A model generated the notes under the pieces. It saw only the letters and a program-made list of their open reading frames with translations, searched no databases and was not told where the DNA came from. A stretch of 25,411 bases of DNA, taken from IMG/VR virus record IMGVR_UViG_3300048577_000152, positions 1 to 25,411 of that record. One strand, 5' to 3'. Below, piece by piece: positions 9,001-14,785 of the stretch; positions within the stretch are counted from its first letter, which is position 1; every line of letters begins with the position of its first letter. A program made the translations under genes and the position numbers. This DNA is from a virus. Lineage: Duplodnaviria; Caudoviricetes.

Positions 9001-11737
9001 CATTGGACAACACCTCCAAGTTTTCAGCAAGAGCAGGATACACTTTCCCGTCTTCCCCGTAGTAGGATACCGTCTCCAAAGAATTTTCTACGTCCGTTTC
9101 AAACGGATTTTCTGCATTTTCAGGATTTACCCTCACGGCAAGACCTTCCTTGATCCTTACCGGCTGTTCCATCCCCTGCACGCGCGCCGTCACTATTGTT
9201 CCCGTGGTAGGGTTCACGCTGGCTGTTATTTCATTTTCCGCTTGTTGCAATCTTCCTATCACATTCGACCGGTGGGCTTCCTCCAGCTTACGGCTTTGGT
9301 TGGCCATGGACAGGTAGTTCACCACCGCCTGTTTTTGTTCGTCGCTCAGGTTCTTGTCACGGAACATGTCCTGAATGCTTGCACGTTGTTTATCTGCAGG
9401 TATCAAACTCATTTCCGACAAGATGTCCAGGTCTTCCCCCGACAGCAACGCTTGCGCCTGACGGGCCGCTTCATCCAGTTGCACCCTTGCGCCAGCATGC
9501 GTGTCCGGATCGTCGGGGTCCACCCCTTCGGGTATGGGGGGGTCCACTATGTTGCCAAGTATCTCGTCAGCTCCTTTCCGTTCCGGTTTTCCGGCGGCAA
9601 AGTCGTCTATCCCCTGTTTGGCCGAACGGGCAACGGCGTAGTCTTTCACCGCTTGCTTCTGTTCGTCCGTCAAGTCTGCCCGCTGCATCATGCTGGCCAG
9701 CGAGGCGTTCAGGGTCATCGGGTTCTCGTCGTTCAGCGCATTGTCTATGTACGAGATGATACCCTGTTTTTCATTCCCGAATATGTCAAGTGATTTTTCA
9801 GCCTCACCCACACTGCCACTTATCGCTTTTGCACGCGCCTTGTCCCCGTATTTGCCAACCGCATAGCCTGCCGACTGGATGGCGGTGAACGGCACCTGCA
9901 TAACGGCAACGGCCCCGAACGTTTCCGCATTTCGCCTCGGGTCAAAAAATTCCTCTGCCGTCTGTTTTCCACGAAGCACATCAATGGCGTCGCTTTCCTT
10001 TTCTTCGCCATATTCGCCCAACGGTGAGGCAATCCCTGTCACACGGGCTATTGATTGCGCACGTGGCGTGTCAAGAAACTTAGGAAGCAACTTGAATTTA
10101 CTAAACAGTTTATCCAGCACCACCGTACCGAACAGTTCCGAATGGTTCTGCACCCACGTGCCAAGCAAAGAACTGCCAAGCGAATCGCGGTTGTCAAACT
10201 GCATGTTCCCTTCCGCGTCGGTGCTGCCTTGCCCAGACATTGACTGGGCCGTCATGCCATACGAAGACAGGCCAAGCGCCGTCTGCACCGTGGGCTGCAC
10301 CGTCAGGTCAATGATACCTTTCCCTACCGTTTCCGCACGGTTCACGGTGGCGGGGTTGAATATGCGTGAGGCCAATCCAGTCACGCCCGAACGCGTCAAT
10401 GTCCTTTCTATGCCCGATTTCACGGCATTGCTTATGCCAGACCCAATTCCTTCCGTAAAAATAAAGTCCCGCATGAACGGCAACGATTGCTTTGTCGACT
10501 GACCGATGTTGTACCAACTTCCAGCATCGTAATACGAAGCCACCTCGTCCGAAAGCCGCTTGGCGTTCAGGATAAATTTTTCATCCGCCGTCAGCGACTT
10601 TGGGTTTTTCTGGTATTTGTCCACCAGGTTGTTGATTGTCTCGTCCTGCACCATGTCAATACCGGGGGCAAGCAGCCTCAAGGCATCGCCCCAGTCGTGG
10701 CCAATTCCTTTTAAGAATCCGCCGCCTTCTTTGGTTGCGCTTATCCGTTTGCCAGCTTCGTTCACAAACGATATGGCACGCTGCATGATGATGTCTTTTG
10801 CGTTCTGCTTGTCCAGTTCCGGACGGATGATCGGGATGCTTGAAGGGTTCGACACAATATTTTGCCGCCCCCTTCGGGAAATCTCTTCCTGCATCTTTTG
10901 CGTTTGGGGAAGCAGGGCGCGCACCTCGTCGTCAAGAGATTTCCGTTTTTCTTCCAGTTTGGCCGACAGTTCACGTCCAGTGGGCGACTTGGTGAAAAAG
11001 TCCTGCAGCGCGGCGTATTGCGCCGGGGTGTTTACCCTTTCAGGTTTTCTATTTCCGACAGCCATGCCGCCATATCCGTAGTATCCCGAACCACCTTCAC
11101 CGGTTTCCACCTTGTTGGCTTCAAGCCATGCTTTGGCCAGCGGGTTCCCCCCAAAATTATCCGGTGCATTTGTATCCTTGTAATCATCAATTGTTTTTCC
11201 CTGCGAGTCAAGCCATCCCATAAGCTGAGCGTTCAATTTCCTATCTGGAGGCAACTGTATGCCCGCCACCTGTTCTCCTGCGGTCACGGCAAGGGGTTTG
11301 CCTTTTCCAAACGGTTGCACCAGCCCTTCAGCGGCATCGTTGCCTATGCTGACCGTTGTTTTGGGGGCCGTGGGTGATTTCATTGTGATGGGCTTGTCAT
11401 AGCCGGTCAGCGGTGGAAACATCATGTCTTTTATCTCCGGTTTCCCCGCACCGCCCGCTTGCACTTTCACGGGTGCCTGCTTTTGCTTTTCGGGCAAAGG
11501 TTGGGATGTAGGCCTGAATTGCGGGCCGCCCCAATCTATCGAGTTTCCAAATCCAATGTCTTTCGAAAACTCGTCAAACGACACGGTGAATTCCGGATTA
11601 TTCTTTCGGGTATTGTTGTAAAACCGCTGGCGGTTGCCCACATCCTGCATGTCTTTTGAAAACTCGTCAAACGGCACGGTGAAGTTTGGATTCATCCGGC
11701 GGGTGCTCTCATACAGCTTTTGCAAATTATCGCTCAT
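1..11737 (-). CDS. Giant multidomain 'large polyvalent' phage protein, probably a virion-packaged/ejected protein; 3' end lies beyond the window (>=3912 aa)
   Basis: ATG at 11737 (MSDNLQKLYESTRRMNPNFTVPFDEFSKD...). Manual translation of many segments in the same frame gives sensible protein down to positions 2-60 (...INFDVWNNIYNGYERGIKEK). The ORF track lists no minus ORF in this frame, as expected if no stop occurs inside the window. It follows ejection/pilot-like genes in the structural operon and contains InPase, HExxH, LPD23 and ART-PolyVal motifs. Confidence 0.92.
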   Translation of the reverse strand, partial: MSDNLQKLYESTRRMNPNFTVPFDEFSKDMQDVGNRQRFYNNTRKNNPEFTVSFDEFSKDIGFGNSIDWGGPQFRPTSQPLPEKQKQAPVKVQAGGAGKPEIKDMMFPPLTGYDKPITMKSPTAPKTTVSIGNDAAEGLVQPFGKGKPLAVTAGEQVAGIQLPPDRKLNAQLMGWLDSQGKTIDDYKDTNAPDNFGGNPLAKAWLEANKVETGEGGSGYYGYGGMAVGNRKPERVNTPAQYAALQDFFTKSPTGRELSAKLEEKRKSLDDEVRALLPQTQKMQEEISRRGRQNIVSNPSSIPIIRPELDKQNAKDIIMQRAISFVNEAGKRISATKEGGGFLKGIGHDWGDALRLLAPGIDMVQDETINNLVDKYQKNPKSLTADEKFILNAKRLSDEVASYYDAGSWYNIGQSTKQSLPFMRDFIFTEGIGSGISNAVKSGIERTLTRSGVTGLASRIFNPATVNRAETVGKGIIDLTVQPTVQTALGLSSYGMTAQSMSGQGSTDAEGNMQFDNRDSLGSSLLGTWVQNHSELFGTVVLDKLFSKFKLLPKFLDTPRAQSIARVTGIASPLGEYGEEKESDAIDVLRGKQTAEEFFDPRRNAETFGAVAVMQVPFTAIQSAGYAVGKYGDKARAKAISGSVGEAEKSLDIFGNEKQGIISYIDNALNDENPMTLNASLASMMQRADLTDEQKQAVKDYAVARSAKQGIDDFAAGKPERKGADEILGNIVDPPIPEGVDPDDPDTHAGARVQLDEAARQAQALLSGEDLDILSEMSLIPADKQRASIQDMFRDKNLSDEQKQAVVNYLSMANQSRKLEEAHRSNVIGRLQQAENEITASVNPTTGTIVTARVQGMEQPVRIKEGLAVRVNPENAENPFETDVENSLETVSYYGEDGKVYPALAENLEVLSNDGVEQQLEALRQRFAAEEEAFQLAVNGPQPAVNFQQFQAGDKGMLPDGSVTAIQDVRPDGTYVVQVENRQTGEINVAEVPAGEIGNYGFGEVVDAPAEVQPSDEAQATPQPSTEVSEEKPVFPVNKEGEIDYGQISNPKMYLDALTLEFGEDVPEIVAEKRKEAVAELEQAGKKKDIIARKRAEKKAQEQVAFWDNVEGLYSQEESQGLENNVVRENNSQTKSQDLQNDTQAELPDLNPTSENLPENTGLPDATQGNAVTGSSFSANPVIERYPRLVEPEKPLSEMTSEELLQLSDKNLRALKAQDRAFEGKTEAEKESGGYYGVLDDVSDLRDTAMQVNFVENSESLDELAGSAKSTLQEMRGTPNEYQQAVLSAVGRKAGEMGVSLQDLVRAMAEKVASQYPDLNDAEFMVRSMLGKVMPENDSQKESQGLQNNLQTESQGNDTPEITGVGIDRQIEEQQPNTDPTEAQKAAGNYKKAHVQVNRMDISIENPVGSVRSGTDEDGKAWEHKMKSHYGYFTRTTGKDGDHIDVFVKEGTPEDWNGTVFVVDQVNPSTGEFDESKVMLGYETLEEAKAAYMENYDADWQGFGAITPVDVDSFKKWLYDGARQRKAFAEYVGTPSAVSSDQLAVSSGKMPEGVEKIQPVELGEQERLRTELQNSKDRNEVTPELEKLIDRLKQTGLAKDVVMDEGKMREYLDRHFGGLLKPRMQVEKPKSPKKENGSATLKEKQLATVIKYNPAPNSYNTWIRDVSDILFAEEAFGVAFADGAMYPDFSTDDMRSALEKGEMTVYSSKPIRKGSFVTPSQMNAESYAGGGKIYSKVIKLTDVAWIDEGEGQYAPVRMMSTPAGEVYGFATADGTIYLDPNRMNANTPIHEFGHLLWNITPEKRRGEITKLLKQTPGWSELENNPAYYNLKTDDQKADELFNTILGNSGKSNNQVRDIMGHDIGLFARVMDAVNKLLEWVKANVFGNTDARVNQFAKRSLGELLGGKNLTETGSSSRKNEDDSNNLKNERYRIIGEIGASRISDTETVVNDLNVAKEMYSQNKDAKSIRLATGWEKGVDGLWRYEVPDFKMRDVVLQKNKNDQIVTSLTDIIDDEELFKAYPILKETVVSEDYGGTSGFYSAVTNIIGLNSNKFSPVKDNSNQTKIEKLQDRMRQLQDHKDVEVYQQMIDNYNGNDQEIEKYLDEHPVVREYEALEDNVSKLYGDRKVQGYRISDKSTLLHEIQHVIQRIEGFARGANEKQFTDPSPLSLAYKDFDLNVKLLDGDKYENIGHILNDERFSGYRSVFASDINEGKLLINGLRDMYSDMNKETFMDNYEYYVDSGKKGSPYEQYFKTAGEVESRNVQSRMDMTPEERRSILLSETADVAPEDQIVLMNQMDRANYEINAQDYDLELEKIKKRSISDGTFMKAPNGKPTNLNERQWLQVRTDAFKKWFGDWQEDPGNASKVVDENGEPMVVYHGTNAEFSEFKDLITEGLRTTIANGYGFFFTPSLSISEKYGQNTMPVFLNMRNWKEIQKGKQFSLDKKFIGADELLRKESRQNTQESGFDGFYMPNISFAKKRYSTTENIPQYVVFSPTQIKSATGNQGTFDGGNADIRMQAKKDWQQEESDKQFEKAKTVLDAFKKEGLDGFSISRSITDFGVSTYIQGPYNLKFRISDHSVLSTHRILNESFFYYNTPVEFLVNEAKVAKEKYEKIYASREEAEKKYRKREQESADKWERIKSNFDGLVFKKNNRTYQNFDVFSKAGQNPRSNIYQKSLEGGAFYYEWTEPTDYDKWGNPFNFGEKKPSMEYIEAFDEGAGEINTTRFQIAPSSKPEYTPVKSLGDYAREVDEYNQNIRMQAVPPQENEDEQELRRLNNSLKYGVENKLSDLEQALANKEVSEASYRKQRDELELMAEKIRAKIKDAEKLRDMVKMREDYQAEMRRIKAMEIEKEGREKLTEEDMPYVNDAEELKRVQQIVSDVENLAGVENTEELAVDPKDLVAVVRSIKNKKKQQENLPKIKKAAQDITDYVRAYVGKDVVDMMSERDFKALINKLETATSTGSLKSAVKSVNQAIMRIILRKNNDILSGLIHGKIVNTYAIYELDSTLKANNDLTEGNKEKIDKDIFHLLSGINAYNRYFEIQGKNKRGVSVAKNVDEGTREIIQFVRDNRKVSREKLGEMKKEIELAQTSENYVFDEGDGRRLVAIDLLGKLQDLQDKDADIKAIQETSPADFNQENPDKWKWEAVMEGQKELEAMQMELITEFTDLIELGRSRMTEWKAAETERKNEIAGEAIAAVKDKRIKTQAEEKNTNNWERVKDVVRHNGIKEFLLSPLGSFNFMLKYIDRNNVVGEGPMYNRFMRSPENSVTAAKEKYYTGWDSFKRESAAKAEEIFGKKFKDVVADSRKDSGVEVSYKLFDKNGENGELVPVMAAAQMTKGELMYLYMTWQQVEGREKLENMLVDETVMESVKQTLGEKYIRYADWVQQEFLPSRRVEYNDTHKRVFGTSMAEVKNYFPLKYDEKQHVEEVEIGQEVNYGLPSTMTGAIINRVKNKKDIALNANAFDLLMKNGQEMEEWSAYAQLRKDMNALLSNNYFKNLVEASDRTAFKKLKESAQIALRAVRQKAMPEETLAGNINRRLAGGAIAFRINTALKQFLGYPAFMSYSLDPMYQARVANNILPYMYYRNYVWAVENLPGFKERVSSGVFGNEKLLAGEWATSEQVKGKRKVLGKYGVQMDDFFNSLISVGMKPNQWVDAVAVSAGAKAVYDYKKGLYKKQGIDEREAHERAIFDASIAANETQQSAEDAYLSPIQKSDTLFARGLTTFMNASFGFLRKHVEGMMQVARSKKQYDNLVAQKTGSGMSEEKAKSEALKTVLDADGRAVLNILVFGFMLNTIWDLADKALWGTGDDDDEEQAEMYKSLALSPVKNMLLGSTIVSTLEGYEPKDLMGGEITRAYNELSKIAKDEGYLNSEMALATSKYFMKFYTGINFDVWNNIYNGYERGIKEK
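3570..4180 (-). other. Unassigned module within the giant protein ('SxS..GxSTY...KFRISDH' domain)
   Basis: Translation SISRSITDFGVSTYIQGPYNLKFRISDHSVLSTHR, with RISDH at 4001-4015. Bounded by the DIRMQ and TTRFQ linkers; AT-rich DNA. Confidence 0.5.
4190..4800 (-). other. ART-PolyVal-like ADP-ribosyltransferase domain within the giant protein
   Basis: KAPNGKPTNLNERQWLQVRTDAFKKWFGDW...SKVVDENGEPMVVYHGT (YHGT 4595-4606)...GFFFT...MPVFLNMRN...GFDG...YVVFSPTQIKSATGNQGTFD matches the motif series of the ART domain of polyvalent proteins. Confidence 0.85.
4850..5945 (-). other. LPD23-like domain with zincin HExxH motif within the giant protein
   Basis: IIGEIGA...AKEM...IRLATGWEKGVDGLWRYE...IIDDEELFKAYP...STLLHEIQHVIQRIEGFARG (HEIQH 5306-5320)...YFKTAGEVESRNVQSR. 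Confidence 0.8.
6100..6465 (-). other. Zincin-like metallopeptidase (MPTase) core within the giant protein
   Basis: GEVYGFATADGTIYLDPNRMNANTPIHEFGHLLW (HEFGH 6359-6373)...DDQKADELF, with a downstream Glu as the candidate third Zn ligand. Confidence 0.75.
6482..6820 (-). other. Divergent ART-fold-like module within the giant protein
   Basis: KQLATVIKYNPAPNSYNTWIRDVSDI...YPDF...GEMTVYSSKPIRKGSFVTPSQMNAESYAGGGKIYSKVIKLTDVAWIDEGEGQY. The order of strand1-Y, FVT-x-S, helix-YA and terminal ExE resembles minimal ART folds. The fold call is inference. Confidence 0.5.
7100..7134 (+). repeat. Five degenerate tandem heptamers (ACTGCTA-like) inside the giant CDS
   Basis: actgcta actgcta actgatc actgctc actgcac. 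Confidence 0.8.
7148..7620 (-). other. Inorganic pyrophosphatase-like (InPase) domain of polyvalent proteins
   Basis: PTEAQKAAGNYKKAH...ISIENPVGSVRSGTDEDGKAW...MKSHYGYF...GKDGDHIDVF...VFVVDQVNP...FDESKVMLGY...AKAAY..NY...WQGFG. The DxDxxD metal-binding motif is intact at about 7400-7425. Confidence 0.92.
8907..8941 (+). repeat. Second, more degenerate heptamer tract inside the giant CDS
   Basis: actgctg gctgtgg accgttg actgcta actgaaa. Confidence 0.5.
11556..11692 (-). repeat. Two 44-bp imperfect direct repeats (93-nt period) encoding an N-terminal 31-aa protein repeat
   Basis: 11556-11599 and 11649-11692 encode NPEFTVSFDEFSKDI and NPNFTVPFDEFSKDM. Confidence 0.9.
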
Positions 11738-11755
11738 CGTATTTTTTTTATTCCG

Positions 11756-12805
11756 TTAATATAATCCTCCCGTGCCAGGCTTAGTGGAAGAGGGTTTGTT
11801 GGCTGGTTGTTTTTGATAATCATGTTCCAACCAATATTTTACAATTTCATCATCAGAAAGTATTCCACCCGGATGAACTATTCCCATCAAGTCAGTATAT
11901 CCCGGTTTATATAATTTGTTGGTGATCGCATATGAAGATTTGCCATTTTTCAAATTTGCAATAATAGACGCTTTTCGCGCAGGGGTTATCTTTTGCCTTA
12001 TATATGTTTTTTGTGTGTATGGGTCATATACTGCTCCTGGAGTGCCGTTTGGAACTGCAATTTCAAACACATCCTTATCAGCTTCGGAAGCACCCGATTT
12101 TCTGGCATTGTACCAACTTATTGCATTACTTGCATTGTTTTGGCGTTCGCGCTGGTTATATTCCTTTTCAAATTTTTCCTTGTCCCACTTCTGTTTTGCG
12201 GCTTCCGCTTCCGCCTTGGCTTTTATTTCCGCATCCTTCCGGGCATTTACTTCCTTGATTTTCTGTTCTTCAAACAACTTGTTGGCCTTGTATATGATAT
12301 TCTGCCTTTTTTGGCCGTTGGCTTCCATGGCGCTCCGCAACTGCGAGGAGAAATCATTTCCCGCCGCCTGCGTGTACAGGTTGTTGTAGTTCGCAAGGTT
12401 CTGCTCGTATTTGTTTTGAATGTCCCTCAGCCTGGCGTTGGTCTGGTTCGTGGACGTGTTACCGTCCGACGGCCTCACGCGCGCGCCCTGCGAATGCCCC
12501 CACATTTCCGCCAAGGTGGACAGCGAGTCGCTGATAGCCGCCGCCGTCCTGGCACGCTTTTCCTGTTCCGGGGTAATGGCCGGCTGCGGTTTTGTGTAAC
12601 TGCCCATCAGGATGTCAAGGATCGGGCGTTGACCCCGGTTCTTGTATTCCTCCGCAAACTTGTTAGCATCAAATTCAGGCATATTGTTCAATTCCTGCAA
12701 CGCCTGCCCGTATGCCGACGGCTGTCCCTGTTGCGCGACAGCGCTAACCCCCTGCTGCACGCCCGCTTGTAACGGATCCGTTATCTTGTTATCTTCTTGT
12801 AGCAT
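11756..12805 (-). CDS. Putative virion ejection/internal protein, coiled-coil (349 aa)
   Basis: Q/A/N/K-rich helical protein (AAISDSLSTLAEMWG segment, long coiled coil) immediately upstream of the giant gene in a podovirus-like structural operon. Function inferred from context. Confidence 0.6.
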   Translation of the reverse strand: MLQEDNKITDPLQAGVQQGVSAVAQQGQPSAYGQALQELNNMPEFDANKFAEEYKNRGQRPILDILMGSYTKPQPAITPEQEKRARTAAAISDSLSTLAEMWGHSQGARVRPSDGNTSTNQTNARLRDIQNKYEQNLANYNNLYTQAAGNDFSSQLRSAMEANGQKRQNIIYKANKLFEEQKIKEVNARKDAEIKAKAEAEAAKQKWDKEKFEKEYNQRERQNNASNAISWYNARKSGASEADKDVFEIAVPNGTPGAVYDPYTQKTYIRQKITPARKASIIANLKNGKSSYAITNKLYKPGYTDLMGIVHPGGILSDDEIVKYWLEHDYQKQPANKPSSTKPGTGGLY

Positions 12806-13115
12806 CTGATTGTTTTTTTATCAATTCTGAAATCTTCGCCATCTTATCGCAAACATCTTTTGCCATCCTTGGAATATCGTCCCTCATTTCCTTGAGCACA
12901 TGGTTCATCTTTTCGTCCGTCGGTATATTTTTGCGGTAAAATTCTTTTGCACACCCAGTATTGCAGAAATACAACGATGAATATTCTTTAGAAAAAAGAC
13001 ATGCGTTTTTATAAACAAATCCTTTTTCCTCAGCCCTACATCCAATCACCCCGTTGCTGGTGTCGTTCGTTTCGAACAGAAATTTCCCGCATTCGTCGCA
13101 TTTTATTTCTTTCAT
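12789..13115 (-). CDS. Small Cys-rich Zn-binding protein (TRASH/MYM-like CxxC...FCxxxC)
   Basis: MKEIKCDECGK...LYFCNTGCAKEFY. AT-rich. Start 13115 is preferred; 13127 is possible. Confidence 0.7.
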   Translation of the reverse strand: MKEIKCDECGKFLFETNDTSNGVIGCRAEEKGFVYKNACLFSKEYSSLYFCNTGCAKEFYRKNIPTDEKMNHVLKEMRDDIPRMAKDVCDKMAKISELIKKQSDATRR

Positions 13116-13144
13116 TGCTTGAATCATTTATCATTCAATCCTTG

Positions 13145-13660
13145 TCAGGGAAAGCTCGGCAACCTCCTCAGCGGCCTTTCTTTCCTTATCAGCAGCTTTT
13201 GAATGTCCCCCATCGTCACGCCCAACCTCGCAAGGTACGTTTTCGCATCATCAGGCGACTTTGTCTCCAGCCACCGCCAGCACACATAGTCTATCAGGAA
13301 TTGCTGCAGCTTCACCTGTATGCTCTTCTTGTATTGCAGCACGAAGTCGTCGTGCATATTCAGCCACAGGTAAAAGTCCCTGTCCTGGCTAAAGTCCGGA
13401 AACTCCCGCCACACGGCCTCCATGTCCGTGGGTGTCCCAACAAGGTAGTTGGACGATATGCCCTTCACCACCTCGGCACCGCCCTCGTTGAACAGCCGCT
13501 TGAACAGGATCTCATATTCCTCGTCCATCACCAGCTCGTCAAGAAGCTCCTCGCTTGTCCCGTCCTTGAATTCACGGCGGCGGCGTTCGGCAAGCAGCGA
13601 CGTTTCCATCTCCACCTGCTTCTGTATGTTATCGCCGGTACACATCAGGAATATTATCAT
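13145..13660 (-). CDS. Putative head-tail adaptor/ring (tail tubular A-like) protein (171 aa)
   Basis: Size and helical N- and C-termini (LQQFLIDYVCWRWL...PDDAKTYL) fit connector proteins. Located in the portal/nozzle operon, with ATGA overlap with the upstream gene. Confidence 0.55.
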   Translation of the reverse strand: MIIFLMCTGDNIQKQVEMETSLLAERRRREFKDGTSEELLDELVMDEEYEILFKRLFNEGGAEVVKGISSNYLVGTPTDMEAVWREFPDFSQDRDFYLWLNMHDDFVLQYKKSIQVKLQQFLIDYVCWRWLETKSPDDAKTYLARLGVTMGDIQKLLIRKERPLRRLPSFP

Positions 13661-14082
13661 GACGCCATCATTAAAGTTTTGAACATTCGCTGGTACTGCA
13701 TGTATCTCTCCTTAGCCTTGCGCCGCTCTTCCCTGCGGAGCGTGTTGTTCCGGTCAAGCGAAGTGCTGTAATACGCCTTCCGCTCCAGGTCAAGGAACGT
13801 CATGCGTTTCGGAAGCCAGCCCATACGCTTGCAATAGCTAAAATCCCGATTATTGATAGACCTCAACTTGTTAACCGGGATTCCCCGCTTGTCTATCCCC
13901 ACGGTCACCAGCACCACGTGGTACCGCTTGTTATGCGCCTTCTGCTTGATGTCCGCAAGCGCAATGGCCAGCCGCAGCTTCACCGATTCCACCAGCATCA
14001 CCATGTATGCAGGCACAAACAGCCGCAGTTCCGCCCACAATTCCCCTAATTCACTCCTCAATTCCCTCAACAATGCTTTCAT
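13657..14082 (-). CDS. Basic phage hypothetical protein (141 aa)
   Basis: Clean ORF in the operon with an AT-rich leader and a 4-nt overlap with the next gene. No motif recognised. Confidence 0.75.
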   Translation of the reverse strand: MKALLRELRSELGELWAELRLFVPAYMVMLVESVKLRLAIALADIKQKAHNKRYHVVLVTVGIDKRGIPVNKLRSINNRDFSYCKRMGWLPKRMTFLDLERKAYYSTSLDRNNTLRREERRKAKERYMQYQRMFKTLMMAS

Positions 14083-14133
14083 ATTCGTTTACTTTATTAA
14101 TCATTTTGTTTTTTTTGAATCCTTCAATCCTTA

Positions 14134-14757
14134 TCACAACAGCGGTTTTTTTATATCTACCCGTGGAACATCCACACTTGGTTTAACAGGAGCAACGCCA
14201 GACACCTTTGTATTTAAAATCATTTTTTGCGCTGGCTCAGGCAAACTTTGACCTCCCCCAAACACGCTTGTCCAGTCAGTCGAAGCAATCCCCTTGATCC
14301 CGTTATACATCATGTTGTTGCTACTGGCGGCATTGTCCGACACCTGCCCCAGGCGCATGCCCTCTATCTGGGATTTCCGGTTCAAGTAGTTTTCTTTCAC
14401 CCTGTCCTTGAACTGCTGCCCCTGCGCACCCAGCCTCCCCATAACGGAAGCAACCGCCTTGCTACGGTTTTCCTTGGCCGCAGCCAACGATTCCGGCGTG
14501 GCACCAGCCACCACGGCCGCGTTGTTATCATTACGGGATTGCGCGTTCATTGTGTCACGCAATTCACGTATAATGTTTTGCGCGTCCGCCCGTTGGGTGT
14601 AATCCCCCAGATAATCCGTGTTGTACATGACCTCGTTGTCCGAAGACATCTTGTCCAATTGCCTGTTCATCCGCCTGCGCTGTTTTCCTTCCTGAATTGC
14701 ACCGTAGACCGAGCCTGCAAGCCCGGTCACGGCACCCATAGCTGCCAATGGTATCAT
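14134..14757 (-). CDS. Putative DNA ejection/pilot protein (207 aa)
   Basis: Gly/Ala-rich hydrophobic N-terminus (MIPLAAMGAVTGLAGSVYGAI) followed by a Q/N/A-rich coiled coil, typical of podoviral pilot/ejection proteins. Directly follows the nozzle-like gene. Confidence 0.65.
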   Translation of the reverse strand: MIPLAAMGAVTGLAGSVYGAIQEGKQRRRMNRQLDKMSSDNEVMYNTDYLGDYTQRADAQNIIRELRDTMNAQSRNDNNAAVVAGATPESLAAAKENRSKAVASVMGRLGAQGQQFKDRVKENYLNRKSQIEGMRLGQVSDNAASSNNMMYNGIKGIASTDWTSVFGGGQSLPEPAQKMILNTKVSGVAPVKPSVDVPRVDIKKPLL

Positions 14758-14785
14758 AACCGTCTGTTTATTTATAAATTATTAA

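Noticed and set aside
7238-12772. Plus-strand ORFs such as 7238-7681, 9242-9793, 9879-10502, 10862-11377 and 11993-12772
   Set aside because: They lie antisense to well-supported minus-strand coding sequence.
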